A stretch of DNA of 33,908 nucleotides from a virus (taxonomy: Duplodnaviria; Caudoviricetes). The stretch is taken from positions 1 to 33,908 of the IMG/VR virus record IMGVR_UViG_3300035670_000784; one strand, written 5' to 3'. The notes under the pieces are model-generated. The model searched no databases, was not told where the DNA came from, and was given only the letters and a program-made list of their open reading frames with translations. Both the position numbers and the translations under genes were made by a program. Positions 16,497 through 25,866 of the stretch are shown piece by piece (position 1 is the first letter of the stretch; the number at the start of each line of letters is the position of its first letter).

Positions 16497-17384
16497 ATGG
16501 AACTAATAGAACTAATAATAGACGAACGCGATCCTATGCACGGCATTGAGGCGGTTTCCGTTGTAGAATATCCGGCGATTGAGGAGAACTTTATCGCCTT
16601 AGCTAAACACGAAGTGCAGCTAAAGGAGATTGATCAGGAAAAGCGTATTTTGATGGGCCCAGCTTTAACGCCTAACAAAAAGATTTACCGAAAAAACGAA
16701 AAGACAAAACGCGAGTGGGAAATATACTTTTCTGAGGACACGGTGCGCAAGGCTTCGCATTTATTCCAAATGAAGTCAAACCAAAATAATGCAACTTTAG
16801 AACACGCTACGGATCTTGACGATATGTCCGTAGTTGAAACGTGGATCATTGACGATCCTAAAATGGACAAGGCTAATTTGTACGGCTTTGATTTACCTAA
16901 GGGAACTTGGATGATTTTAATGAAAGTAAACAACGATGAAGTTTGGAAAAAAGTAAAAGCCGGAGAAGTTAAAGGCTTTTCAATTGAAGGTTACTTTGCG
17001 GATAAATACGAAATGAGCATCCAAAACAAAGAAAAAGAAGAACTGATTGCTTACCTAAAAGAAATCTTAGACGTTAAATTAGAATCTTATTCAGACTATC
17101 CAAAAGCTGCAAGCGAAAACGCTAAAATCGCTTTACGCTGGGCAGATGAAAATGGATGGGGTTCTTGCGGTACTTCCGTAGGTAAAGCCAGAGCCAACCA
17201 ACTAGCAAAAGGCGAACCGATCAGCAGAGATACAATTGCCCGAATGGCAGCGTTTGAACGCCATCGCCAAAACTCACAAAAAGAACTAGGCGACGGATGC
17301 GGCCGTTTAATGTGGTTAGCATGGGGAGGAGATGCCGGCGTAGAATGGGCGCAACGTAAATTAGAACAACTTAAAAACCAATAA
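16497..17384 (+). CDS. XkdF-like prohead serine protease with an extra C-terminal domain
   Basis: GPALTP...TLEH...VVETW...GTW...KGFSIEG. Confidence 0.75.
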   Translation: MELIELIIDERDPMHGIEAVSVVEYPAIEENFIALAKHEVQLKEIDQEKRILMGPALTPNKKIYRKNEKTKREWEIYFSEDTVRKASHLFQMKSNQNNATLEHATDLDDMSVVETWIIDDPKMDKANLYGFDLPKGTWMILMKVNNDEVWKKVKAGEVKGFSIEGYFADKYEMSIQNKEKEELIAYLKEILDVKLESYSDYPKAASENAKIALRWADENGWGSCGTSVGKARANQLAKGEPISRDTIARMAAFERHRQNSQKELGDGCGRLMWLAWGGDAGVEWAQRKLEQLKNQ

Positions 17385-17386
17385 GA

Positions 17387-17584
17387 ATGGCAAAACAAAA
17401 AACACCAAGTTACTCAAGCCCAAAAGGAGGCAAGCGCGGTTGCCTGTGCGATAACGGAACTTACTCATCTAAATGCTGCAATGGCGATTTGCAAAACCAA
17501 GGAATTGGAAGCCTAGTAAATAGCAGCACGCAAACGGTCATAAACACGAATGAACCTAGAACTATTACCAACGTAAGCAGTTAA
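17387..17584 (+). CDS. Small Cys-rich protein
   Basis: RGCLCDNGTYSSKCC. Confidence 0.6.
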   Translation: MAKQKTPSYSSPKGGKRGCLCDNGTYSSKCCNGDLQNQGIGSLVNSSTQTVINTNEPRTITNVSS

Positions 17585-17588
17585 AAGT

Positions 17589-17613
17589 GCAACACAATTA
17601 TATTAATTAAGTT
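17589..17613 (+). promoter_or_regulatory. Putative late promoter, copy 3
   Basis: GCAAC-N15-AAGTT upstream of scaffold/capsid. Confidence 0.7.
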
Positions 17614-17635
17614 AAGGAGATATAAAAGCTAAAAA

Positions 17636-18250
17636 ATGACAGAAAGCAAGATTTTAAACAAAGTTCGCACGCTTCTCGGAATGGAAGTAAAGTTAGAACA
17701 AATGAAGCTAACGGATGGCGTTTCTATTTTAGAGGCGGATGCGTTTGAAGCAGGTAACGAAGTGTTTATTGTTACAGAAGATGATCAGCGTATTGCAGTT
17801 CCTGTAGGCGAGTACGATTTAGAAAACGGAATGGTTTTGGTCGTAGCTGAGGAAGGCCTTATTGCCGAAGTAAAAGAAAAAGAAGCCGAAGAGCCAGAAG
17901 CAGAAGTGGAAGTTGAAGTAGAAGGCGGCGGTAAAATCGAAGAAGAAATGGCTGCAGAAGCCGCTCCCAAAAAGACGGTTGAAAGCATTATTAAAGAAAC
18001 GTTCTTTAGCACAATGGAAAAATTGCAAGCTGAAAACGACGCATTGAAAGCAGAATTGGCAAAATTCACAGCGCAAACACCCGAAGTAGTTGCAGAAGAA
18101 GCGGCACCGGTTGAATTGTCAGCAGAGGAAGTAGAGCCTAAACCTATACAACACAATCCGGAAAATGCGCAGCCGGTCGAGTTGTTCAAATTAACACCAA
18201 GAAAAACGCGCTCAACAGTTGATTCTATTTTTGAAAAATTAAACAAATAA
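17636..18250 (+). CDS. Putative capsid scaffold protein
   Basis: Acidic, coiled-coil, directly upstream of the capsid gene. Confidence 0.6.
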   Translation: MTESKILNKVRTLLGMEVKLEQMKLTDGVSILEADAFEAGNEVFIVTEDDQRIAVPVGEYDLENGMVLVVAEEGLIAEVKEKEAEEPEAEVEVEVEGGGKIEEEMAAEAAPKKTVESIIKETFFSTMEKLQAENDALKAELAKFTAQTPEVVAEEAAPVELSAEEVEPKPIQHNPENAQPVELFKLTPRKTRSTVDSIFEKLNK

Positions 18251-18253
18251 CAA

Positions 18254-19204
18254 ATGGCCACTACAACTAGTGTAACTACAACTTATGCCGGCGAGTTTGC
18301 CGGTAAGTACATTGCAGCAGCTTTATTGTCTGCTCCAACCCTTGAAAAAGGCGGATTCACGATCCACCCTAACGTGAAATTTAAGGAGGTAATTCAGAAA
18401 TATTCTAATGATGCCATCATCAAGAACGCAACCTGCGATTTTGATCCTACATCTACGATTACTTTAACTGAGAAAATCCTTCAACCGGAAGAGTTCCAAG
18501 TAAACCTTGAGTTCTGTAAAAAAACATTCCGTTCTACTTGGCAAGCTGCTGAGATGGGTTTCTCTACGTTTGACGTATTGCCAAAATCTTTCTCTGATTT
18601 CGTAATCGGTCAAATGTCTGCTCAAGTTTCTTCTGCTATGGAAGTTGCTATCTGGACAGGCGCTAACGCTACTGCTGGCCAGTTTGATGGTATTTCTGTA
18701 CAGATTGCTGCTGATGCTGCTTTGCCAGCTGCGCAAGAAGTAGCCGGAACTACGGTAACTGCGGCTAATTGTATTACAGAGCTTGGTAAGTTGGTCGATG
18801 CAATTCCTGCTCGCCTTTACGGACACCCAGACCTTAAACTTTACGTATCTCAAAACATCTACAAAGCGTATGTACGCGCATTGGGTGGTTTTGCTGCTTC
18901 TGGTGTAGGCGCTAATGGTTACGATAACAAAGGTACAAACCAAGTTCTTGGCGATGTATTCTTTGACGGCGTTCCTGTATTCATGGCTAACGGTATGGCT
19001 GCTAACACGGCTATTGCTACTCCATCTAGCAACCTTCACTTCGCAACTGGTTTATTGAACGACTTGAACGAAGTACGCGTTTTAGACATGTCAGAATTGG
19101 ACGGATCTCAGAACGCTAGATTTATTATGCGTTTCACCGCAGATGCAAAATACGGCTTTGCTGAGGATATGGTTACTTACGGAATCACAAACTCCGCTAA
19201 CTAA
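18254..19204 (+). CDS. Major capsid protein
   Basis: 316 aa, biased codon usage, follows protease/scaffold and is followed by a terminator. Confidence 0.75.
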   Translation: MATTTSVTTTYAGEFAGKYIAAALLSAPTLEKGGFTIHPNVKFKEVIQKYSNDAIIKNATCDFDPTSTITLTEKILQPEEFQVNLEFCKKTFRSTWQAAEMGFSTFDVLPKSFSDFVIGQMSAQVSSAMEVAIWTGANATAGQFDGISVQIAADAALPAAQEVAGTTVTAANCITELGKLVDAIPARLYGHPDLKLYVSQNIYKAYVRALGGFAASGVGANGYDNKGTNQVLGDVFFDGVPVFMANGMAANTAIATPSSNLHFATGLLNDLNEVRVLDMSELDGSQNARFIMRFTADAKYGFAEDMVTYGITNSAN

Positions 19205-19226
19205 TCTTAATTGATTTTAACCAACG

Positions 19227-19255
19227 AGGGAGGGGTTGACGCTCCTCCCTTTTTT
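19227..19255 (+). terminator. Intrinsic terminator
   Basis: AGGGAGGGG/CTCCTCCCT stem plus T tract. Confidence 0.8.
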
Positions 19256-19277
19256 ATAACTTAAAAAATTTATACAG

Positions 19278-19817
19278 ATGAGCTGCGATTTAGCTAACGG
19301 TAGACTTGAGGTATGTAAAACGGCAGTAGGGGGCATTGATGCAATCTATTTCGTTAACTTCGGGGATATCACAGGAATTACCTACGTATCTGGAGAAGAT
19401 ACGATTGATGCCGTTGCAGGTGTCACTAACCTTTACAAATTTGAATTAAAAGGTACAAACTCTTTTGACCAGGTTATCAATTCAAGCCGTGAGAACGGAA
19501 CTACATTTGCAGAGCAAACTTTGACGTTTACTTTGAAAAACCAAGACATTGCTACGCATAAAATCGCGAAGCTTTTGGCTTATGGTCGTCCGCATGTAAT
19601 TGTCAAGTCTCGCAACGGAAATTTCTTCCTTGCAGGTTTGGAGCACGGCCTGGAAGTGACTACTTCAAACGTGTCGAATGGTACTGCCATGGGTGACCTA
19701 AACGGTTACACTTTTACAATGGTTGGTCAAGAAAAACTGCTCGCCAATTTCATTGATGCAGCTACAGAGCCAGCTTTGGCTACTGCATTTGGATCAGCAA
19801 CTATTGTTTCTGCATAA
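19278..19817 (+). CDS. Major tail tube protein (putative)
   Basis: 179 aa, beta-rich; C...GGI...ENGT...Q.LT...NGYT pattern; own terminator. Confidence 0.6.
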   Translation: MSCDLANGRLEVCKTAVGGIDAIYFVNFGDITGITYVSGEDTIDAVAGVTNLYKFELKGTNSFDQVINSSRENGTTFAEQTLTFTLKNQDIATHKIAKLLAYGRPHVIVKSRNGNFFLAGLEHGLEVTTSNVSNGTAMGDLNGYTFTMVGQEKLLANFIDAATEPALATAFGSATIVSA

Positions 19818-19837
19818 TCAGTAAACTACTACTAATT

Positions 19838-19866
19838 AAAGCCATCTCTAGCGGGGTGGCTTTTTT
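19838..19866 (+). terminator. Intrinsic terminator
   Basis: AAAGCCATCTC/GGGGTGGCTTT stem plus T tract. Confidence 0.8.
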
Positions 19867-19870
19867 ATTT

Positions 19871-19895
19871 GCAACAAAATTTGGTGTTTTAAGTT
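19871..19895 (+). promoter_or_regulatory. Putative late promoter, copy 4
   Basis: GCAAC-N15-AAGTT right after a terminator, ATG 8 nt downstream. Confidence 0.7.
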
Positions 19896-19903
19896 ATTGA
19901 AGT

Positions 19904-20233
19904 ATGATTGTACTAAGCACGTCAACAAGCAACCAAACCTTTAATTTTGTACCGCGCAAATCGCAGTATAATACTATGCTGATAACGGATGAAATTGAAA
20001 ACGAAACTATCACCGTTCCGATTGTTAGCTCAGCGGTTTCCGGCTATACAAATACTATAACGGCAGCGTTTACCTTGAAGGAATCTCGTACCTATATGCT
20101 AACCCTAAAACAAGGCAGCGAAATTATCTATAGAGACAAGATATATTGTACTGATCAGGCAGTAACAAACTACACTATCAACGAAGGGCAGTACGTATCG
20201 CATACGTCTAATAACGAATTTATCGTAATATGA
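19904..20233 (+). CDS. Virion structural protein (hypothetical)
   Basis: 109 aa, beta-rich. Confidence 0.55.
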   Translation: MIVLSTSTSNQTFNFVPRKSQYNTMLITDEIENETITVPIVSSAVSGYTNTITAAFTLKESRTYMLTLKQGSEIIYRDKIYCTDQAVTNYTINEGQYVSHTSNNEFIVI

Positions 20234-22026
20234 GCAGCAACATACAATTTGTAAATTTAAGTCAATACGAACCGCCGGTAATTACGGAAAGTAAGCGCGA
20301 TAATTGGGTAGAATTTGGAGGCGAAAATAACTTTTTCGGATTCCTTATTGATCGCTACAATAATAGCACCACCAACGCAGCGATTATAAACAACGTTTCC
20401 CGTCTGATCTACGGACGAGGGTTAAGCGTTTTAAATGCAAACAGAAAACCAAATGAATACGCGCAAGTCAAAACCTTGTTTCACGACGATTGCGTCCGTA
20501 AAATCGTTATGGATCGCAAGCTATTGGGACAGTTCTCAATCCAAGTACACTATAACGCAAATAAAACCAAAATAGTCAAGGCGTACCACATGCCGGTAAA
20601 CCTTCTTAGAGCTGAGAAATGCAACAAAGAAGGCGACATTGAAGGCTATTACTATTCTGATAACTGGGAAGATATTAAAAAGTTTGCGCCAGAACGTTAC
20701 CCTGCATTTGGCTACGGAGGAAAAAACGAATTAGTCGAGATTCTTTATTCTAAGCCTTATAACGTCGGAATGAAGTATTACGCTTATCCTGACTACCAAG
20801 GCGCGCTTCCCTATGCCCTGCTCGAAGAAGAAATAGCGCAGTACCTGATTAACGACGTTCAGAACGGCTTTTCGCCTACGATGATCGTAAACTTTAACAA
20901 CGGTACGCCTTCTGAGGAAAAGATGGAGCAGATTGATTCTAAAATCAAATCTCAGTTAACAGGCGCCAGAGGTAAAAAGATCGTAACGTCATTTAATGAC
21001 AACGCGGAGCAAAGAACTACGGTTGAACCTATTGCTTTGAACGATGCGCCGGAGCATTACCAATACCTATCTGAGGAATGTATGCGTAAGATTATGTTAG
21101 GCCATAACGTTACATCTCCTTTGCTTTTTGGCGTGGCTTCTACAAATGGGTTTGGCTCCAATGCTGATGAGCTTAAAAACTCGGCTATCTTGTTTGACAA
21201 TATGGTTATCCGTCCTATACAGGATGAGATTATTTCGGCTTTTGATCAGATCCTTCACTTTAACGGAATCGCGGTTAAACTATTCTTCAAGACATTACAA
21301 CCATTAGAATTTACAGACCTAGAAAACGCAATTACGGAAGAGCAAGTACAGGAAGAAACCGGTACCGAGTTAAGCAGCCATAACGCAGAACTTGAAGCTA
21401 TCCTTTCAGAAGTTGACGCGGCTAACCTTTCGGATGAATGGGTTGAGGTTGATTCTCGCGAGGCTACAGACGACGATGAGGCGTTAGATGAGGTATTATA
21501 TCAGAAAGACGCAGAAATGCAGCCAGAGAGCCTTTTAAGCAAGGTTTATAAATTTGTTTCTGCAGGTTCAGCCAACGCAACCGCTCGCTCTTCGCAGGAC
21601 AAAGAAGTTAGCCGCGTAGATTCTTTGAAGTTTTTTAAAGTTCGCTACAGATATACAGGAAACTCGGCGCCTGATCGCGCTTTCTGTAAAGCTATGATGG
21701 CCAAGCAAGATCGCTTATTTCGCAAAGAAGATATAGATGCAATGAGCCAGCGCGCGGTCAATCCGGGCTTTGGTGAAGGCGGAGCAAATACATACGACAT
21801 CTTCAAATACAAAGGAGGCCCTAGATGCCATCACAAATGGGAACGCGTAACGTTTATGCGTAACTTAAAAGGAAGCGACAGAAAATTTCAGCAAATCGGA
21901 ACTAGAGCTGCTGAGATCAAAGGCTACAAAGTTACAAACCCTTACGAGGTTTCCATTTATCCGAATAACCTTCCGTTGAAAGGCTTTTCTCCAAATAATC
22001 CAAACCTACCTAAAGACGCGAAATAA
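20230..22026 (+). CDS. Portal protein with a C-terminal extension
   Basis: YYAYPDY...NGFSP...IMLGHNVTSPLLFG...IRPIQ portal-like motifs; C-terminal R.FC...KGGPRCHHKW domain. Confidence 0.7.
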   Translation: MSSNIQFVNLSQYEPPVITESKRDNWVEFGGENNFFGFLIDRYNNSTTNAAIINNVSRLIYGRGLSVLNANRKPNEYAQVKTLFHDDCVRKIVMDRKLLGQFSIQVHYNANKTKIVKAYHMPVNLLRAEKCNKEGDIEGYYYSDNWEDIKKFAPERYPAFGYGGKNELVEILYSKPYNVGMKYYAYPDYQGALPYALLEEEIAQYLINDVQNGFSPTMIVNFNNGTPSEEKMEQIDSKIKSQLTGARGKKIVTSFNDNAEQRTTVEPIALNDAPEHYQYLSEECMRKIMLGHNVTSPLLFGVASTNGFGSNADELKNSAILFDNMVIRPIQDEIISAFDQILHFNGIAVKLFFKTLQPLEFTDLENAITEEQVQEETGTELSSHNAELEAILSEVDAANLSDEWVEVDSREATDDDEALDEVLYQKDAEMQPESLLSKVYKFVSAGSANATARSSQDKEVSRVDSLKFFKVRYRYTGNSAPDRAFCKAMMAKQDRLFRKEDIDAMSQRAVNPGFGEGGANTYDIFKYKGGPRCHHKWERVTFMRNLKGSDRKFQQIGTRAAEIKGYKVTNPYEVSIYPNNLPLKGFSPNNPNLPKDAK

Positions 22027-22526
22027 TGGCGCAGGCACTACTCATAACAGATACAGATCTCAAGAAGTTTACGGCTACCAATGGTAACGTTGACGTAGAT
22101 AAATTCGTGCAGTTTATCAAAATCGCGCAGGATATCCATATACAAAACTACTTGGGTACTAAGCTGCTTGAAAAGATAGAAGCGGATATTATTGCCGGAA
22201 CGCTAGCAGGTAATTATCTAAGTTTGGTAAATACCTACGTTAAGCCGATGTTGATCCATTGGGCAATGGTTGAATACCTGCCATTTGCTGCCTATACAAT
22301 CGCTAATAAAGGCGTCTATAAGCATTCGTCTGAAAACGCGCAGAACGTAGAAAAAAACGAAGTAGATTTCTTAACCGAAAAGGAGCGCTCAATTGCGCAG
22401 CATTACACCGAGCGTTTTATTAATTACATGGCGTTTAATAGCAACTTATTCCCGGAATACAATAATAACTCCAACGACGACATGTTTCCGGATCGAATGA
22501 ACAATTACACTAGCTGGTACATATGA
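22026..22526 (+). CDS. Head-tail adaptor (putative)
   Basis: AQDIHIQNYLGTKL helical motif; follows the portal. Confidence 0.5.
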   Translation: MAQALLITDTDLKKFTATNGNVDVDKFVQFIKIAQDIHIQNYLGTKLLEKIEADIIAGTLAGNYLSLVNTYVKPMLIHWAMVEYLPFAAYTIANKGVYKHSSENAQNVEKNEVDFLTEKERSIAQHYTERFINYMAFNSNLFPEYNNNSNDDMFPDRMNNYTSWYI

Positions 22527-22618
22527 AAAAACGAACTAAGGTAGGAAGCTACAAACCCCGAAAGGAAAACGTAGAAAAGTTGATTACATACTTAAAGAAA
22601 CAAGAAAATGGCAAATAG
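22523..22618 (+). CDS. Small basic peptide (31 aa)
   Basis: MKKRTKVGSYKPRKENVEKLITYLKKQENGK*. Not in the track. Confidence 0.45.
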   Translation: MKKRTKVGSYKPRKENVEKLITYLKKQENGK

Positions 22619-22859
22619 CAACGGATGGGGAGACGGCGCAAGTAACAACTCAATAGGTTGGGGACAAGGCGCAGTCAACAACTTGATATCTTGGGGGTAT
22701 TCTCACTTTGTATCTTGGGCAGGATTGACTGACATCGTTGGTTCTCCTGTACCTTCATTAATTTCAAACTTCGAAACGAGAGTAGCAAATGATGGGGGTG
22801 CTTTTGAGGCATCTTCGTGTTTAACTACGATTCTTGACAATCTTAAAAATATCGCATGA
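22608..22859 (+). CDS. Small structural protein with (G/S)WG repeats
   Basis: NGWGDG, IGWGQG, ISWGYS. Confidence 0.55.
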   Translation: MANSNGWGDGASNNSIGWGQGAVNNLISWGYSHFVSWAGLTDIVGSPVPSLISNFETRVANDGGAFEASSCLTTILDNLKNIA

Positions 22860-24103
22860 GCCTACTTGACGACGCATCATTACTAGTAACACCCAACGCA
22901 AAAAAAGCGGGTAAGTTGTATTCGATTATTCCTACCAACGGAAACGGCGATTTCTCCGTAACTCGTGCGACTACAAAAACACGAACGGACTCAAGCGGTC
23001 TTGTTGTAAACGTGCCTATCAATAAGCCGTCACTTGACTACTCACTTGGAAGCTGCCCTAACATATTGCTTGAGCCGCAGAGGACTAACGTTGTGTTGAG
23101 AAGCGAGGAGTTTGATAATGCGTCTTGGATTAAATCATTTACAAGCGTTACCGCAAATAGTACAACGTCGCCAAGCGGATTGACAAACGCTGATACTTTG
23201 ACAGCAGATGGATTGCTAAACGTGCATCAAGTAATCTCAAACAACATATCTTTTACAAGTGGTTCGACATACACATTAACTACATACGCTAAAAAAAACA
23301 CGAACAACTTTTTGCAACTTTATGTCGCTGCATCTATTGGCGGTATGTTTGCGAATTTTGATTTAAATAATGGTGTTGTAGGTACTTTAGGAACACTAAC
23401 GGGTAGCAACCCAACTTCGTCTATTACAAGCGTAGGGAATGGGTGGTATCGTTGCGCAATGACATTTACTGCTAACGCTACGGCATCTGCTGCATTTGCT
23501 TTATTAATTTCTACAAGTGCATCGGCTGCACGTCTTGAAACAAACACCTTATCAACCTCCGTCTTTCTATGGGGCGCACAACTCGAAGCTGGCGCTTACG
23601 CAACAAGTTACATCCCGACAAGCTCGGCTTCAGTTACAAGGAATGCTGACGTAATCAGTAGAGGCAACATCTTCACCAATGGGCTGATAACTGCAAGTGG
23701 TGGGACTTGGTTTGTGGATTTGAGGGGGAATTTAAGTCTTACTCGCGACATAACAGGTGGTGGAATATTTTTAAACACAGGTTTAACTTCAACGGCAAAC
23801 GATGGTTTTACAATTCGTAGCGCAAACAGTGTTAGCCGCATGTCTGTAAACAAGGTAGTTGGTGGTGTACCAACAAACCTTTTTATACCGACTGTAGACA
23901 ACTTAAAAATAGCAATTAAATGGAACGGCACAACTGCTGACGTATTTGTGGATGGGGTTAAGGTAGTTGATGCTACTGCGTTTACCGCTACAGCAATGGA
24001 AAACTTACGAGGCGAAGGGCAAAACCGAGCCATACAATTCAACTCAATGATACTTTACCCAACACCGCTTACTGACGCTCAATGCATCGCCTTAACAACG
24101 TAA
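22856..24103 (+). CDS. Fibre/receptor-binding protein with carbohydrate-binding-like domains
   Basis: LLEPQRTN, GNGWYRC and WGAQLEAGAYATSYIPT motifs; Thr/Ser-rich. Confidence 0.65.
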   Translation: MSLLDDASLLVTPNAKKAGKLYSIIPTNGNGDFSVTRATTKTRTDSSGLVVNVPINKPSLDYSLGSCPNILLEPQRTNVVLRSEEFDNASWIKSFTSVTANSTTSPSGLTNADTLTADGLLNVHQVISNNISFTSGSTYTLTTYAKKNTNNFLQLYVAASIGGMFANFDLNNGVVGTLGTLTGSNPTSSITSVGNGWYRCAMTFTANATASAAFALLISTSASAARLETNTLSTSVFLWGAQLEAGAYATSYIPTSSASVTRNADVISRGNIFTNGLITASGGTWFVDLRGNLSLTRDITGGGIFLNTGLTSTANDGFTIRSANSVSRMSVNKVVGGVPTNLFIPTVDNLKIAIKWNGTTADVFVDGVKVVDATAFTATAMENLRGEGQNRAIQFNSMILYPTPLTDAQCIALTT

Positions 24104-24105
24104 CA

Positions 24106-24399
24106 ATGAATATCTACAAATTATCATTCAAAGACAAGGAAGCCGCAATAGCTGACCTCCAAAACAAAGGAATACTAACCGCTGAAGGCTACGGAAACGG
24201 AGTGCAAGCGGTTGTTGAAATCGGTCTTATAGTTTTGGACGTAGTAGACGAACAACCCGTATACGCAGAGGGCTACCACTACGATGTGATGTCAACGGAA
24301 ACCTACGACTTTGGAGCAAACCTCGTCGTACCTAAGAACCCTAAACACGCCTTTGCTGGCTATCCTATAACTGAAGAAGTAATTGCTAATGAAAACTAA
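24106..24399 (+). CDS. Fibre-associated small protein
   Basis: Follows the fibre gene; GYHYD...PKNPKHAFAG; start reassigned to ATG 24106. Confidence 0.55.
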   Translation: MNIYKLSFKDKEAAIADLQNKGILTAEGYGNGVQAVVEIGLIVLDVVDEQPVYAEGYHYDVMSTETYDFGANLVVPKNPKHAFAGYPITEEVIANEN

Positions 24400-24814
24400 C
24401 TCAGCTCTATTCGTGTTTTCCTTGTTTGCCGTACTCGCACCTGTCAAGCCTATGGTACTAATGGCAGTTGCTACTATCATTTTGGATATGTGCTTCGGAA
24501 TATGGAGAAGCGTAAAGAAAAACGGATGGGCATCAATACGCTCTCGCAGGCTATCTAACACGATTTCTAAAAGCCTTTTGTATAGTGGAGCGATAGTATT
24601 TATCTTCCTGCTTGAAAAGTTTGTCCTAAGCGATTTATTGGGCTACTTTATCCGTGTTGACCTACTACTTACAAAAGCATTTACTGCCTTCTGTGTATTC
24701 ACGGAAGTAAAGAGTATTAACGAAAACTACTTCTCGGTAACTGGCATCAATGTTTGGGAAAAATTCATGCAGTTCGTCAAACGCTCAAAGGAGCAAGTAG
24801 AAGAATTAAAGTAA
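24389..24814 (+). CDS. Holin
   Basis: About three hydrophobic segments; D...G and E.KSI.EN motifs of phage holin family 4; upstream of the endolysin. Confidence 0.75.
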   Translation: MKTNSALFVFSLFAVLAPVKPMVLMAVATIILDMCFGIWRSVKKNGWASIRSRRLSNTISKSLLYSGAIVFIFLLEKFVLSDLLGYFIRVDLLLTKAFTAFCVFTEVKSINENYFSVTGINVWEKFMQFVKRSKEQVEELK

Positions 24815-24849
24815 CTACACTCGACTGCTCTCCATATGTGAACACCGAG

Positions 24850-24879
24850 AACCCCCCTGTGATACTGTTGCAGGGGTTT
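24850..24879 (+). terminator. GC-rich hairpin after the holin, possible weak terminator
   Basis: CCCCTG/CAGGGG stem followed by TTTATT. Confidence 0.4.
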
Positions 24880-24915
24880 ATTAATGTCCACTTTTTAGAA
24901 CAAAAAACTTGACAA

Positions 24916-25404
24916 ATGAAAAGGATCATAATTTTGTCGCTAATATCTACTATACTTGCGACAGGCTGCACGCTGAATTACCACCTGAATAAGGCGATTA
25001 AGAAAGGATATAAGCCAGCGGTATACGATACGATCAGAATTAATACGATAGATTCATTTCCGGTTATTATCCGAGATTCGATAGTATGGGAAAAGTATAT
25101 TACTAAAAAAGATACGCTGATCCAAATCCAAACAGAATACATACCCAAACCGCGATATATTGAAAGATTCGATTTAAAGCGTTTTAACGATAGTTTAAAG
25201 CACATCCGAACTATCTATGCGGATTCGCTACAAAACGCGCTTAGAACGCATAAAACCAAGCAAAAAACGGATTTAAAGCAGCAACGAGTAGCTAAGGATA
25301 AAACATTTGCGGATTCTATGAAGTTTCTGGCCGTTAGTTTATTCCTGTTATTAATGATTCTGATCTTTTTTAAAGTAAGCAAATACCTAAATATCCAAGA
25401 ATGA
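24916..25404 (+). CDS. Putative unimolecular spanin
   Basis: Lipoprotein signal ending LATG-C plus a C-terminal TM helix; lies between holin and endolysin. Confidence 0.6.
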   Translation: MKRIIILSLISTILATGCTLNYHLNKAIKKGYKPAVYDTIRINTIDSFPVIIRDSIVWEKYITKKDTLIQIQTEYIPKPRYIERFDLKRFNDSLKHIRTIYADSLQNALRTHKTKQKTDLKQQRVAKDKTFADSMKFLAVSLFLLLMILIFFKVSKYLNIQE

Positions 25405-25865
25405 TAACAACTGCGCAGGCAATAGCAAAATACGGACAACCAAACGAAGCCGGTACCTACTTAAAAACTATCAATCTACCGTACCCAATGCGGATTGCTT
25501 GGGACTTAGATACCAAATTAACGCGGATGCGCTGCCACAAATTGGTCGCAGATGCATTTTTATCCGTGTTTAACGAGCTTTTGGCCGTGTATGGATATGA
25601 TCGTATAGTTGAACTAGGAATTGATTTGTACGGCGGTTGTTTTAATTATAGGAAGATGCGCGGAGGCTCGTCTTGGTCTACTCACGCTTGGGGTATTGCT
25701 ATTGATTTGGATCCTGCAAGAAATAAGCTAAAGGAAACTTCAAAGACTGCGCGCTTTGCCCGTCCGGAATACGCGCCAATGATCGAAATATTCTACAAAC
25801 ACGGATTTATTTCTTTAGGCAAAGAAAAGAACTACGATTGGATGCACTTTCAAATTGCAAAATAA
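25401..25865 (+). CDS. Endolysin, M15 family peptidase
   Basis: R...[11 protein letters not shown]...DWMHFQ. Confidence 0.85.
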   Translation: MITTAQAIAKYGQPNEAGTYLKTINLPYPMRIAWDLDTKLTRMRCHKLVADAFLSVFNELLAVYGYDRIVELGIDLYGGCFNYRKMRGGSSWSTHAWGIAIDLDPARNKLKETSKTARFARPEYAPMIEIFYKHGFISLGKEKNYDWMHFQIAK

Positions 25866-25866
25866 A

